Part shown: positions 41,901 to 55,075 of the stretch, piece by piece
Layout of the letters: every line of letters starts with the position of its first letter
Numbering within the stretch: the stretch's first letter is position 1
Assembly: GCF_030144855.1 (NCBI RefSeq)
Contig: NC_082706.1
Coordinates: 170,686,001-170,750,000 of the forward strand
DNA from: Hypanus sabinus
Taxonomy: Eukaryota
DNA length: 64,000 nucleotides
Direction: 5' to 3'
Translations under genes and position numbers: made by a program
Notes under the pieces: model-generated
The model's database searches: none
Told to the model about the DNA's origin: nothing
What the model saw: the letters and a program-made list of their open reading frames with translations, nothing else

Positions 41901-42379
41901 TCTGATGTTGGGGAAGTCCAGAACGAGGGGTCACAGTTTAAGGATAAAGGGGAAGCCTTTTAGGACCGAGATGAGGAAAAACTTCTTCACACAGAGAGTG
42001 GTGAATCTGTGGAATACTCTGCCACAGGAAACAGTTGAGGCCAGTTCATTGGCTATATTTAAGAGGAAGTTAGATATGGCCCTTATTGCTAAAGGGACCA
42101 GGGGGTATGGAGGGAAAGCAGGTACAGGGTTCTGAGTTGGATGATCAGCCATGATCATACTGAATGGTGGTGCAGGCTCAAAGGGCCAAACGGCCTACTC
42201 CTGCAACTATTTTCTATGATTCTATGTTTCTATTTCTGTTCTTGCACATTCTCCAATAGACATATACTGTAATTGACTTATTTATTTATTCTTCTATATT
42301 ATGTATTGCATTGAACTACTGCTGAGTTAACAAGTTTCACGACACATGCCAGTGATAATTAACATGATTCTGATTCTAA
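38915..42379 (+). mobile_element. Rex1/Babar LINE, 5'-truncated, 3'UTR split by a CR1
   Basis: [51 protein letters not shown]; the tail resumes at ~42231-42379. Confidence 0.9.
39866..42230 (+). mobile_element. CR1 LINE (endonuclease C-terminus to 3'UTR)
   Basis: GKSDHN, KSPGPD, DFQKAFDKVPH, GVPQGSLLGP, FADDTKLGG, tail ttctatgattctatgtttcta. Confidence 0.93.
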
Positions 42380-45310
42380 TGATTCTAGTGGATCCTTATA
42401 TGATTTCTTAATCTTGACCCACTGACTGGGAATCAGTGTGTGTCTTCCTTCTGCTGGATCAATCCAAGTGCAAGAAACCTGTTGAGAAGCAAACTTGGAG
42501 TTTGGGTTAATTTCACACTATAGTTAACTAAACTGTTTGCCATAATGTGTATATCAACCTCTCTGAGATCGAGTATTCCTGGTAGTGACATAGGAAGCCC
42601 CATTTACCTCTTCAAATGGACTTATAGTAGTTTAGGTGATACTATTTAAGACCATAGGAAGGGCCAAATGTCATGGTACACCTTCTTCATGGAACTTAGT
42701 TGTCGTTCAATGATTCCTTTCATTCATTCAACTTGTCCTAATGACCCTGGGCAATGTTTGTACGTTGACATAATTCTTGACAACTATTCCCAGTGAAATG
42801 TGTTCCTTGGTCAGAGTTGATGTGACATGGCATTCCCTATCTAAGAATGTAGTCCTTGATCAAAGTTTTTTGCTCTGTGTGGCAGTGGTTTTCTTTTCTG
42901 AAGTAGCTTCCAACCACCTTGAATACTTGTACAATAATACCATTTCATTTTCATAATTCCAATTGTTGGGTTCACTGCATATGTTCTAGGTACTTTTATT
43001 TCTTTTACTCCTTCCTGTGCTGCCTTTTTTTGCAATTTCAGCTGTGAATGTATTTCCACAGCTTTCTATTATGGGCACTTTGCAGTGGCTTTTACATTTT
43101 AATACAGCAACTTCTGACTGCAGTTGTATAACATCCATAAGTAATTATACTAGTTGCCCATTCTTGACTGGGGTTCCTAAAGCCATACAAAATCCTCTTT
43201 GTCTCCTTAAGTTTCCAAAATCATGAACAATTCCCAAAGCATATCAAGGGTCTTGATAGAGATTAGCTGACCTTCCATCTGCCACTTACAAGCTTCAAAT
43301 TCTGCCTCCTGCACATGGGTACTGGGAGCCATGCTTCCTGATGCCAGCACTTCAGTTCCAGAAACAACCATTCAAATTCCTTTCTCAATCATTGAGGAGA
43401 TCTGAGTGTACAGGCCTTCGGCAGAGTAATAACCAGCAGGACATTGGAGGCCTTCATGTTCTTGTGCTAAGACTGGCATCTTGTTGACATACAGGGTAAA
43501 TGGTTTACCTGTATCAGGAATCATTAAAAGTCACATGGTTGTCTGAGCACTTGCTGTCCTTCTGCAGATCGTTGAATGGTTGAGCAATAGTTGATGTTCT
43601 GCCACTAGCTTGTTAATACACTGATTAGCAATGGTTTCATCTTCAGTCCTGTTTGTCTTCACTCCTTCAGTCTTTATCTGACCAAGCTGTGACATAGCTG
43701 AAAATCTTGTTTTGTTACTGTCATCCTCACTTGAGTCACTAGGGGCCACTATAGAGTCCATGTCATGTCCATAATTATTTGGAGCTCAGATGGTGGTGAT
43801 ATCTTGGGAGACTGTCCAAAGTAGGCTGTAATACTCCAGAGTTAAGATGGTGTTGCTGTTTCAGGAGACTGTTCAATGTGGGCTTTGTTTCCTGTAGAGC
43901 AGTACCAGAAGTCATTGTTAACCAGGTAGAACATTAGCAGTAGCATCACTGGCAGGGTCACTCAAAGAGTCACTAGCAGGACCACCCCACTGAAATTGTG
44001 GTTGCACTTTTCAATGTTGTTTCAGTTAGCCTTGAAACTCCACAACCAGTATTTTTAGTAGATACCAATGGATTGCCATACAAGCAAAATAGTTTGTCCT
44101 GCAACCGAAATGGATTACAACCAATGTTTTTCCACCTGTTTTCTTTTTAAATAGCAATGCACCAGTCTTCAATCCTAATTTCCATCAGATATCCAAAGCC
44201 AGAACTAGTGTTTTGGTATGTGTTAAAAATTCCACACTGTCTGATTGATTTGAGTCCTTAACTTCAAAACATTGCTAACTATGCGACTTGTTGGATTCTG
44301 GTATTTTAATCCAGTGTTTTATAGTCGTCAAGAAAGAGGCACAAAACTTGTTGCTTTACAATTGTATTGAGCAATGATAGGACAGAGAAATTGAAACAGA
44401 CTATGATAGAGGTCTCCTAAGTGAAGGGAAGGCTAAAATTAAAGATGGTTAGCTATTTTTTACACTACAACGATATGGAAAATTCCATTCAAATTTGTAG
44501 GTAAGAGTTCACCAATAAGATAGCACTTATTCAAATAATGCAGTGCAATGAAGTTTCCAGAACTTTCCTGAATTATACTTTGTATAACTTCTAAAGGCAC
44601 ATTAAATTTGCATATATATACTATTATCAGGAGGAAGCGTAGCAAGCAGTTACATTTATATAAGTAATTATATAGAATAAAAACAGACATTTAATTATTA
44701 AACTGCCAAGAAAATATCAATTAAGCATTCCAATCTAAAAATTAAACAATTGGATCCAACAATAGTTTTCACAACCTATCCTAATTTCCACTGGAAGTAA
44801 TTGTATCATCATTTTACAAACCTCCTCACAAATCAGGAGCAGAAACTATTATCTTGATACTTGCAAGACTTATGTTTTTATATTAACCTTAGTATTTCTT
44901 CAAAGTCACAGCAATTCTTTTTTCCTTGTAACCCCAAGGCTCTAATATAGCAGTGTACAACTGCATAAAGATAACATTTAAAGAACATTCCCTAGAAATT
45001 AGACTACACAGTTCTTCATGCACCAAAACACTGGTGCATGTAACACTAACTCCAAACCAGGTCTCTCTCAAAGAAAATCAAAAAATTAGTTAAGAACAAT
45101 TGTGCAACTGTGTTATTGTGGCTTCCTAAAAAGTGTGTTGAATTGTTACCTGCCAGGTTTGACTTGGAACAGTTTTATTGGAACCAGTACTCATAGGTTC
45201 TGCAGAACAGCATTCACAAATGATGGCCTTAAAGACACAGCTCTCATTGCAGTAGTACAAAGGACTGCTATGGGTGGAAGGTGTGGTGGAAGCAGTAGGC
45301 TACAAGGAGG

Positions 45311-47651
45311 AGGATCACCCTGTGATCTCTGTCTCAGAGGCTGTTATTAGGCTGTCTTTAAAGAGGGTGGACTCTCGCAAGGCATAAGGACCTAATGGAG
45401 TACCTGGTAAGGCTCTGAAAACCTGTGCCAACCAACCGGCAGGAGTATTCAAGGACATTTTCAACTTCTCACTGCTACGGGCAAAAGTTCCCACTTTCTT
45501 CAAAAGGGCAACATCTATACCAGTACCTAAGAAGAATAATGTGAACTGCCTTAATGACTATCAGCCAGTAGCACTCACATCTACAGTAACGAAATGCTCT
45601 GAGAGGTTGACACTAGACAGAAATCCTGCCTCAGCACTTTGCCTATCGCCACAATAGGTCAATGGCAGATGCAATCTCAATGGCTCTTCACACAGCTTTA
45701 GACCACCTGGACAACACAAACACCTGTGTCAGGAAGCTGTTTATCAACTATAGCTCAACATTTAACACCATCATTCCCACAATCCTGATTGAAAAGTTGT
45801 AGAACCTGGGCCTCTCTACCTCCCTCTTCATTTGGATCCTCAACTTTCTAACCAGAAGACCACAATCTGTGCAGATTGGTGATAACACCTCCTCTTCGCT
45901 GACGATCAACGCTGGTGCACCTCAGTGATGTGTGATTAGCCCACTGCTCTCCTCTCTCTATACCCATGACTGTGTGGCCGGGCATTGCTCAAATACCATC
46001 TATGAATTTGCTGATGATACAACCATTGTTGGTAAAATCTGAGATGGTGACTAGAGGGCGCACAGGAGCAAGATATGCCAACAATAAAGAAGGCAAGACA
46101 GCGACTATATTAGGAGTTTGAAGAGATTTGGTATGTCAACAAGTACACTCAAAAACTTATATAGATGTACCATGGACAGCATTCTGTCAGGCTGCATCAC
46201 TGTCTGGTATGGGGGTGGAGGTGCGCTACTGCTCAGTACCAAAAGCATCTGCAGAGGGTTGTAAATGTAGTTGGTCCACCTTGGGCACTAGCCTACAAAG
46301 TATACAGGACATCTTCAAGGAGTAGTGTCTCAGAAAGCCAGCGTCCATTATTAAGGAATTCCAGCACCCAGGGCATGCCCTTTTCTGACTGTTACCATCA
46401 GGTTGGAGGTACAGAAGCCTAAAGGCACACACTCAGCTTCTTCCCCTCTGCCATCTGATTCCTAGATGGACATTGAACCCTTGAACACTACCTCACTTTT
46501 TTAGAACCATAGAACATTACAGCACATAAACAGGTCTTTTGGCACTTCTTGGCTGTGTCGAACCATTTTTCTGCCTAGTCCCACTGACCTACACCTGGAC
46601 CATATCCCTTCCATACACCTCTCATCCATGTACCTGTCCCAAGTTTGTCTTAAATGTTAAAAGTGAGCCCGCATTTACCACTTCATCTGGGACCTCATTC
46701 CACATTCCCTCCGCTCTCTATGTGAAGAAGCCCCCCCCACCAATGTTCCCTTTAAACTTTTCCCCCTTCACCCTTAACCCATGTCCTCTGGTTTTTTCTC
46801 CCCTAATCTCAGTGGAAAAAGCCTGCTTGCATTCACTCTATCTATACCCATCATAATTTTATATACCTCTATCAAATCTCCCCTCATTCTTCTACGCTCC
46901 AGGGAATAAAGTCCTAACCTATTCAACCTTTCTCAGTAACTCAGTTTCTCAAATCCTGGCAACATCCTTGTAAACCTTTTCTGCACTCTTTCAACCTTAT
47001 TAATATCCTTCCTGTAATTAGGTGACCAAAACTGCACAAAATACTCCAAATTCAGTCTCACCAATGTCTTATACAAGCTCACCATTACATTCCAACTCTT
47101 ATACTCAATACTTTGATTTATAAAGGCCAAAGTGCCAAAAGCTGTCTTTATGACCCTATCTACCTGTGACAGTACTTTTAGGGAATTTTGTATCTGTATT
47201 CCCAGATTCTACTGTTCTAATGCACTCCTCAGTGCCCTACCATTTACCTTGTATGCTCTACCTTGGTTTGTCCTTCCAAAGTCCAATACCTCACACTTGT
47301 CTGCATTAAACTCCATCTGCCATTCTTCAGACCATTTTTCCAGCTGGTCCAAACCCCTCTGCAAGCTTTGAAAACCTTCCTCACTGTCCACTACACCTCC
47401 AATCTTTGTATCATCAGCAAATTTTCTGATGCAGTTTAGCACATTATCATCCAGTTCATTCATATATTTTGAACGTATATTTTTGAACGATTTTTAATCT
47501 ATTCAATATACATATACTGTAATTGATTTACTTAATTATTACTGTTACTGTTTTTTTTTTCTTCTATATTATGTATTGCATTGAATCACTGCTGCTAAGT
47601 TAACAAATTTCACGACACATGTCGGTGATAATAAACCTGATTCTGATTCTG
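45311..47651 (+). mobile_element. Rex1/Babar LINE, 3'UTR split by an antisense CR1
   Basis: KA.GPNGVPG, NDYQPVALTS and FADDT remnants; tail at 47461-47651 ending cctgattctgattctga. Confidence 0.88.
46503..47460 (-). mobile_element. 5'-truncated CR1 LINE
   Basis: KFADDTKIGG (47209-47463), LEYFVQFWSP (46933-47130), tail agaaccatagaacattacagc. Confidence 0.9.
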
Positions 47652-47896
47652 ACTTGCCCCTATGCCTGCTCCTGTAGCTTCTGCCTCACTAAATCAATTG
47701 ATATTTTAGGCCCCTTCTTGTGGTGACTGTGAGAGGAGCACTGAATCTAACATAGCAAAATATTCTCATTAGTTAACTTCTTCAGGAAACAAATTCTGTC
47801 AGTTTAAGCGCAGACTAAGCAATTTATAATGTATGTGAGCAGTGTTCAGAGAGGTGCCATAGAACATTCTAATATCATCAAAGGAATTCTGTAAAC

Positions 47897-48115
47897 AGAA
47901 TCAGAATCAGGTTTATTACCACCAGCATGTGTTGCGAGCTTTGTTAACTTAGCAGCAGCAGTTCAATGCAATACTTAGTATAGAAGAGAAAAAATAATAA
48001 ATAAATCAATCAATAACAGTATACGTATAATGAATAGATTAATAATCGTGCAGAAAACAGAAATAATATATATAAAGAAAGTGAGGTAGTGTTCATGGGA
48101 TCAATGTTCATTTAG
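47897..48115 (-). mobile_element. Rex1/Babar 3'UTR fragment
   Basis: cagaatcagaatcaggtttatt...aaagtgaggtagtgttca is the reverse complement of the Rex1 tail. Confidence 0.8.
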
Positions 48116-49299
48116 GGTCAGAGAGCCGAAGCAAAGGGTACGTTATGCTGTTTGTTTTCCTGACACTTCAACTGCAGTTGTTTTCTGAGCTGGAAGCTCC
48201 AATTGATGTGGCAATGGATAGAGATATACATTACGTGACAACTAATGTCAGGGGCAGCTACTATCTTGAGTGAGCATAGTAGCTTTAGAAATAACACATG
48301 AGCACTTGGGAATGATTGGCCATCTGATTATGGGAGGTAAAATTGATTTTGCAATAGGTAATGCTGAAAATAAGTGACGTGATCAAATTCCTAGGCATGT
48401 GACACTAGTTCCAAAGCCACATCATGGATAGTGTTCAATCAAATTGGTGTCAGCTGTCAAAGGGTAATACCCACACAATTCCCTGGTATGGCAGTCTTCT
48501 AAAACCAATATTTTTGCAGATCTGTTCCTTCAGTTAATGTTCATACTTTCCTCTTCCTACTTGGTACTAATTTTAAATGTTCCAATGATACAGAAGACTG
48601 CTGGATGAAAAAGAAACACATTTTTTGAATTAGGGAGGATCTTCGTTCTTCAGATGTCTAGATATAATACTTCGTTTATCCATCCCCATGGAGTTTGGAG
48701 GGTCCCCTCCCCAACTCAAGATATCAACAGAACTAAAAACTAAGGTCAAAATTAAATAACCAACAGATTTGCTGACTCCCATTTGAACCTCAAGAAGCAT
48801 CCTTATGATTTTGTGGGTTTAGTGGTGTTTGGAATAAATCTGTTTCAAGATTGGTTCCTCTTCAAGTGTTCACTCTGACCCATCACCTTCACTGCTGTTA
48901 TTGCTAACGACCTCATCAGTCTGATTGTCTTGGAACTTTCCTCACTCCTCATCGGTCCTTAATTGATTCACCACGCCCTGGATTATCTCCCTAAATAACA
49001 CATCCTCTTTTTCCATTCGATCATATGCGTGCTTGATCCTTTCCCCAACCAAGCCCTTCAACCATTTCCAACATCAGCCATCTCCAATATGATCTCCCCT
49101 CTTCATTTCTGCCTCTCCCACAATTGCATCTGTGAGTGAAATTCTCTTTAACAAACCCACACTACCACTAAATCGTCATCATAATCTCCTGCCACAATTG
49201 TTTATCTTTCCCACCACTTTCACCATCCTCATGATCTTCCTCCTCGTGTATGTCTTCCACAATCACTTCTATCTCCAATGGTGGGAAACCATGAAGAAA

Positions 49300-50906
49300 A
49301 TCTTAATGTCTATCCCCCGGTAGCACTCACATCTACAGTGATGAAATGCTTTGAGAGGCTGGTCATCACTAGACTGAACTGTCTCAGCAATTTGCCTATC
49401 GCCACAATAGGTCAATGGCAGATGCAATCTCATTGGCTCTCCACATGGCTTTAGACCACCTAAACAACACATAAACACCTGTGTCAGGATGCTGTTCATC
49501 AACTATAGCTCAACATTTATCCCATCATTCCCACAATCCTGATTGACAAGTTACAGAACCTGGGCCTCTGTACCTCCGTCTGCAATTGGATCCTCGACTT
49601 CCTAACCAGAAGACCACAATCTGTCCAGATCAGTGACAGCATTTCCACCTTGCTGACAATCAACACTGGTGCACCTCAGGGGTGTGTGCTTAGCCCGCTG
49701 CTCTACTCTCTATATAAACATGACTGTGTGGCTAGGCATAGCTCAACTACCATCTGTCAGCTTAAGCGCAGACTAAGCAATTTATAATGTATGTGAGCAG
49801 TGTTCAGAGAGGTGCCATAGAACATTCTAATATCAGCAAAGGAATTCTGTAAACAGAATCAGAATCAGGTTTATTACCACCAGCATGTGTTGCGAGCTTT
49901 GTTAACTTAGCAGCAGCAGTTCAATGCAATACTTAGTATAGAAGAGAAAAAATAATAAATAATTGCTGACGATACAACCATTGTTGGTGGAATTTCAGGT
50001 GGTGAGGAGAGGGTGTACAGGAGTGAGAAATGGCAACAATGGAGTGGTGCCACAGCAACAACCTGGCACTCAATGTCAGTAAGATGAAAGAGCTGATTGG
50101 GGACTTCAGGAAGGGTAAAACAAAGGAGCACGTACCAATCCTCATAGAGGGATCAGAAGTGGAGAGAGTGAGCAGCTTCACATTCCTGGGTGTCAGCATC
50201 TCTGAGGATCTAACCTGGTCCCAGCATATCGATGTAGTGATAAAGAATGCCAGACAGCAGCTATACTTTATTAGGATTTTGAAGAGATTTGGCATATCAA
50301 CAAATACGCTCAAAAACTTCTATAGTTGTACCGTGGAGAGCATTCTGACAGGCTGCATCACTGTCTATTATGGAGGGGCTACTGCACAGGACCAAAAGAA
50401 GCTGCAGAAGGTTGTAAAATAGTCGGCTTCATCTTGGGCACGAGCCTACGAAGTACCCAGGACATCTTTAGGGAGCAGTGTCTCAGAAAGGCAGCGTCCA
50501 TTATTAAGGACCTCCAGCGCCCAGGTCATGCCCTTTCCTCACTGTTACCATCAGGTAGGAGGTACAGAAGCCCGAAGGCACACACTCAGTGGCTCAGGAA
50601 CAGCTTCTTCCCCTCTGCTCTCCGATTCCTAAATGGACATTGAAGCTTTGGAGACTACCTCACTTTGTTTAATATACAGTATTTCTGTTTTTCAACATTT
50701 TTTTAAAATCTATTCAATATAAGTAATTGATTTACTTGTTATTATTATGTTTTATTTTATTGTTGTTATTATTACTATTATTATTATTATTGTTATTATT
50801 ATCATCATCATCATCATCGCTGCTAGATTATGTATTGCATTGAACTGCTGCTGCTAAGTTAACAAATTTCACATCACTTGCAGGTGATAATAAACCTGAT
50901 TCTGAT
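49300..50906 (+). mobile_element. Rex1/Babar LINE with a 210-bp templated insertion in RT
   Basis: [52 protein letters not shown]; 3'UTR with (ATT)n/(CAT)n and cctgattctga end. Confidence 0.9.
49753..49962 (+). repeat. 210-bp direct copy of 47795-48004
   Basis: Same sequence at offset 1958 with two substitutions (agttt/agctt; atcatca/atcagca). Confidence 0.95.
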
Positions 50907-53900
50907 GGTGTATTCTGCTTTGATTCTTGTGCACATGAATCACTAGCTGATCTCAACACAATAACCAGCAGATAACCCTGATATTTCTTCAATGTGCTCA
51001 TTACGATGCAGTTTGAAAATGCATTGACTGCAAGGCAAAAATTTACCCAATATTGTTACTTATCTGTTATTTAATGGCTTCATTATTTAATGAATAACTG
51101 AGCATGAAAGGGATAAAAAGAGCATATTAATGTGCAGACTTATCAGTGAAAGAACACAGTTTCCAAATTATATCAATTCATTATTTAAGGCTGTCATAAA
51201 GTAATGATTAATTATAATAACTTGGCTTCTCAATTTCTCATAAACATCATCTAATCAGCAGTTAATAATGCATCATATGTAAAAGTGATGAAAAGAAAAT
51301 CTCAGTTTCATTATCCATGTTCTAAATACAAACCAAGCCTTACTGACAGTGCTTTACAAACAAGAACAAACTAGGGGAAAATGCATATATTTAGAAACTT
51401 TATCTGTTTAATTACATGCTGCATGTCTGAAACTGAACTTTTTCCACAGTTAATAATGAACACATCTATATTTCACATGTCCCTTCTGGAATTCAACAGC
51501 ATATGCCACCATGAAATAACTTGTACATCTAAACCATCATTTCTCTTGAAACATTGTGAGGGAGCTTAATCCACATTGTCTTAGAAGTGCTGATCAATAG
51601 GCTTTGTTGATGATTACTTAACAGAGTTCCCATCAAGGTTCAAAATACTACTTTTGCAATATTTATTATTTTTTGTGACTAATGCCTTTCACAGTACTGC
51701 GGCCACAAAACAATGAATTCCATGACATATCCCAGTGGTTTATAAACCTGATTCTCATTCTGATACTTTCTATTTTTCACGCAAACAATGCTGACAAAAC
51801 TTTCATCAGTTTCACCTACCCGGTGCTCCAACTCCCAATTGTCACTGGTCATGGCCCTGATGAATTTATCTCTTGACATTCCATATGGCCCCACTGGAGG
51901 CCCAGATCTCCAACCCTTTGCAGGCCACCAATCACCTTCTGATACTGATATGCCCAACACCACCCCCCCCCAGCTCCCTTTCCCAATATTTTGACGAATG
52001 CAGCATCCCTCCCAGCCACCAGTGCACTGTCAGCACTCTCTACCAACTGGTCACGAACCAGCTCGACATATTTTCCATATCAGATGTGCATCAAATGACA
52101 TCACTTCAAATGCAAAGCTTCCTTTGGAGCATTGTCAAGGAGATTAATATCCAGGTTGTTATGAAAGTGGCCTGTCTGGAAACTAAGGTAATTAAGGATA
52201 GACAATAAATGTGCCATTTTCCATATCAGAAAAAGATTTAGTTATGGAAAGATCAGTCAGGATAAAAAGTGGTTCAGCTTTTCAGATAAAGTTGTGACAG
52301 GGACCCACACAGAGTTACGGATGAGTTCAGCATAATCTTTGTAGTATGTGATGATGTTCCAGAGGGAACAAGATTTCCATATGGCCATTATAGCTGTGAA
52401 TAAAAAACAATTAAACACACTGATATTCTCAGCAGCGTGTTTGTTACTGATAACAATGTGACTGATCATAACAATACAAAAATATTAAAGAATGATAGAT
52501 ACCATTGAAGCACGAAGCTTCATCTTCATCAAGCACTCCACCAAAAGAATGCACGCTTCAACATACTATAATGTATAATTTCAAATTAAGTATGTATATG
52601 AGCAATAAATGAAGAAGGAAGCTGTCATTTTAAGTGCTGTCATCACCAAATCAGAAGTAAAAGTTCAGATCGTGGTAGAGTGAAATGTATCTGACCGCAT
52701 GATTCGGTGTCACATTTGCAGAAATATCAACTTCGGTGATTGGGGTGTCTTCTGGGGCTGGTGGGCCGTGTACAAGAAGGATAGGTTGCAGCTAAACTGG
52801 AAAGATGCCAATATTTTTGCAGCGAGTGGGTTGAATGGTCTGTTCCCATGCTGCATTGTTCTACTGTTTGGTCTTTAATCAGGATATTTACTATAAAAGG
52901 ATGAAGGTTCAATTTTAGCTCAAATTAGACATTTTTCTTCAGTTCATCTGCTGCTGCATACACATTTATACTTTGGTTTCTTCTAGCTTCAGTTATTTCA
53001 GAACTCTCAGCTCTGCATCTTACTTTGCAAAATCTTATATTTGTTCAATAGTCCTATAATGTATTTACCAGTGTCTCTCTCTCCGATCTATAGTGAGAAC
53101 TCTCTCCGGGTCCATTTTAATCTTGTACTGATGCCTGCATTTAATCATCTTGTGCCTCGCTATCTCAGCCTGAAGTGGGGAATCTCATTTCCCGTGCTCC
53201 CCATCATTCCCCTGCCTGAATGTCCCAACAGGATACAAAATAGGAATTGGACTTCCAACTTCTGCCAAGTGACATGAATGTTTCAATGATTTTATAAAGC
53301 TTTTATAATTGTTTTAAATAATTATTTTTTAAAATTAAGATATCTACTAAAACCCATTAAAACAGTAATAAATAATTAAAAACAAAACAAGTAAATGAAT
53401 AGGGACACAGATCAATGATTCTGCAACCTGGGCTGTTGTAGGATTGCAAAGATGCTTTACCCAGCAAGAGGAATCCTGATAAGAGCAGGTTTTGTCCCTG
53501 GAACCCACATGGTATCTACCAACAGGTATCCCAGTATTTGCATTTCACCTCATTCCCGGCATAAAGCAAAACTACGTGTGCTTAGGAAAATATCCTTTTG
53601 TAGACACCTAAACACAGACGGTTCCCTTTGGAAGTGACCAGCTTTTTTCAGCTCATCTGCTCCTGACCCAGAAGCCTATCAAACACTAATCAGCATTTCC
53701 ATACTCTTCTATTAACACACCCCCTCCATGGGACTGTAAGCCCTACAGCCTAGGCATAGCAGCATTTACTGCCCTTTAAGGATTCAAAATTGACATTGGC
53801 TTTGCCAGTGACACCCCCACAGTCCATGCACAAGTGGAAATCTATATAAAAAACACCACCCAAGTCTCTGGCCTCCAGCTGTGCCTCTCTTTAATCTCTA

Positions 53901-54757
53901 GCTTTAATTCCATCGCTATCAGCAACAATACCTTCAGCTGCTCAGGCTCTCGGCTGTTGTATTCCTTCTCTAAGTCTCCCTGCATCTCTGTTGCTCTATC
54001 CTCCTTAAAACCATATTTGGTGCTTTTCCCTTTGGTCACTGATTCTTGTCATTTTTTTTTTGATAATACTCTGTTAAAACATCTCAGGAATTTCATGTTA
54101 AGTATAAAAATATAAATTATTGTTGCAATGTAATGGAGTAGTTTAGTAGTTACATTATGTATCAAATAATGTATCAAATGTATCAAATAATGGTCACTAC
54201 ATCACTTTCATTTCAGAAGATGGGTAAATGCCCATCTTCACTTATCAATGATGAAATGCCAATGCACAGTATCGAGCTTTTACCTTTCAGAAATCGAAAC
54301 CCATACTTAAAACTTGCACTCATGAGTGATAGAATAGGTAACTGGGAGAGATGTCCAGATGTCATGGCCAGCATCTGTCCATTTTTCGTCATCAGAGGTT
54401 GACACAAGTTTTGTGGGCCAAAGGGCCTGTTTCAGAACTCTGTGGCTCTCTGACTCTATTGCAATTATAAGTAGATTAGCTCATCATCCATCTCATTGCT
54501 CCTCACCAACTGGCTGGGAATAAATTGGCTGCCAAGAACCTTAAACAGCTATAACTTCACATAAATATTCTTTAATATACAGGAATATATGTAAGAAAAT
54601 ATTAAAGATATATTCTTTTGATTACGAATTATTTCAGGCATGGTATATTATTTCTTTAAGCTTTAATCTTTCAGAGGTTTGAGGACACAGGCACTTCCAC
54701 AGTTTTCCCTGGACTTTCACATCAAAATGTCACAGACTTGGCAAGGTAAAAAAAAAT

Positions 54758-55075
54758 AGAGATTAGCTTGATTTGTCACATGTACATCCAAAACTTACAG
54801 TGAAATGCATCGTTTGCAACAAATGAAATTAAATCAGCGAGGCGTGTGCTGGGAAGCCCTAGAGTGTGGTCATACTCCCAGCACCAGCATAGTATGCCCA
54901 CAACTCACTATTCTTAAATGTACCTCTTTGGAATATGGGAGGAAACTGGAACACCTAGAGGAAACCCATACAGTCACAGGGAGAAAATGAAAACTCTTTA
55001 CAGACAGCCGTAGGAACTGAACTCCGATCTTAAAACTGATGCTGTAGAGTGTTGTGCGGCCCAAAATAAATGTCA
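54758..55075 (-). mobile_element. HE1/V-SINE-like SINE with Rex1-type tail
   Basis: ggaggaaactggaacacctagaggaaacccat core; same tail as 1490-1640. Confidence 0.7.

Noticed and set aside
42840-44150. Possible ancient LTR-element pol remnant
   Set aside because: Only vague similarity; no diagnostic motif could be read.
38915-49320. Two Rex1 copies seemingly 5'-truncated at the same point after PLE-like sequence
   Set aside because: The second copy extends at least ~20 bp further 5', so the endpoints are not identical.
51679-51963. MSRDKF...DES words reminiscent of piggyBac transposase
   Set aside because: Motif spacing is too short, and no TTAA-flanked TIRs were found.
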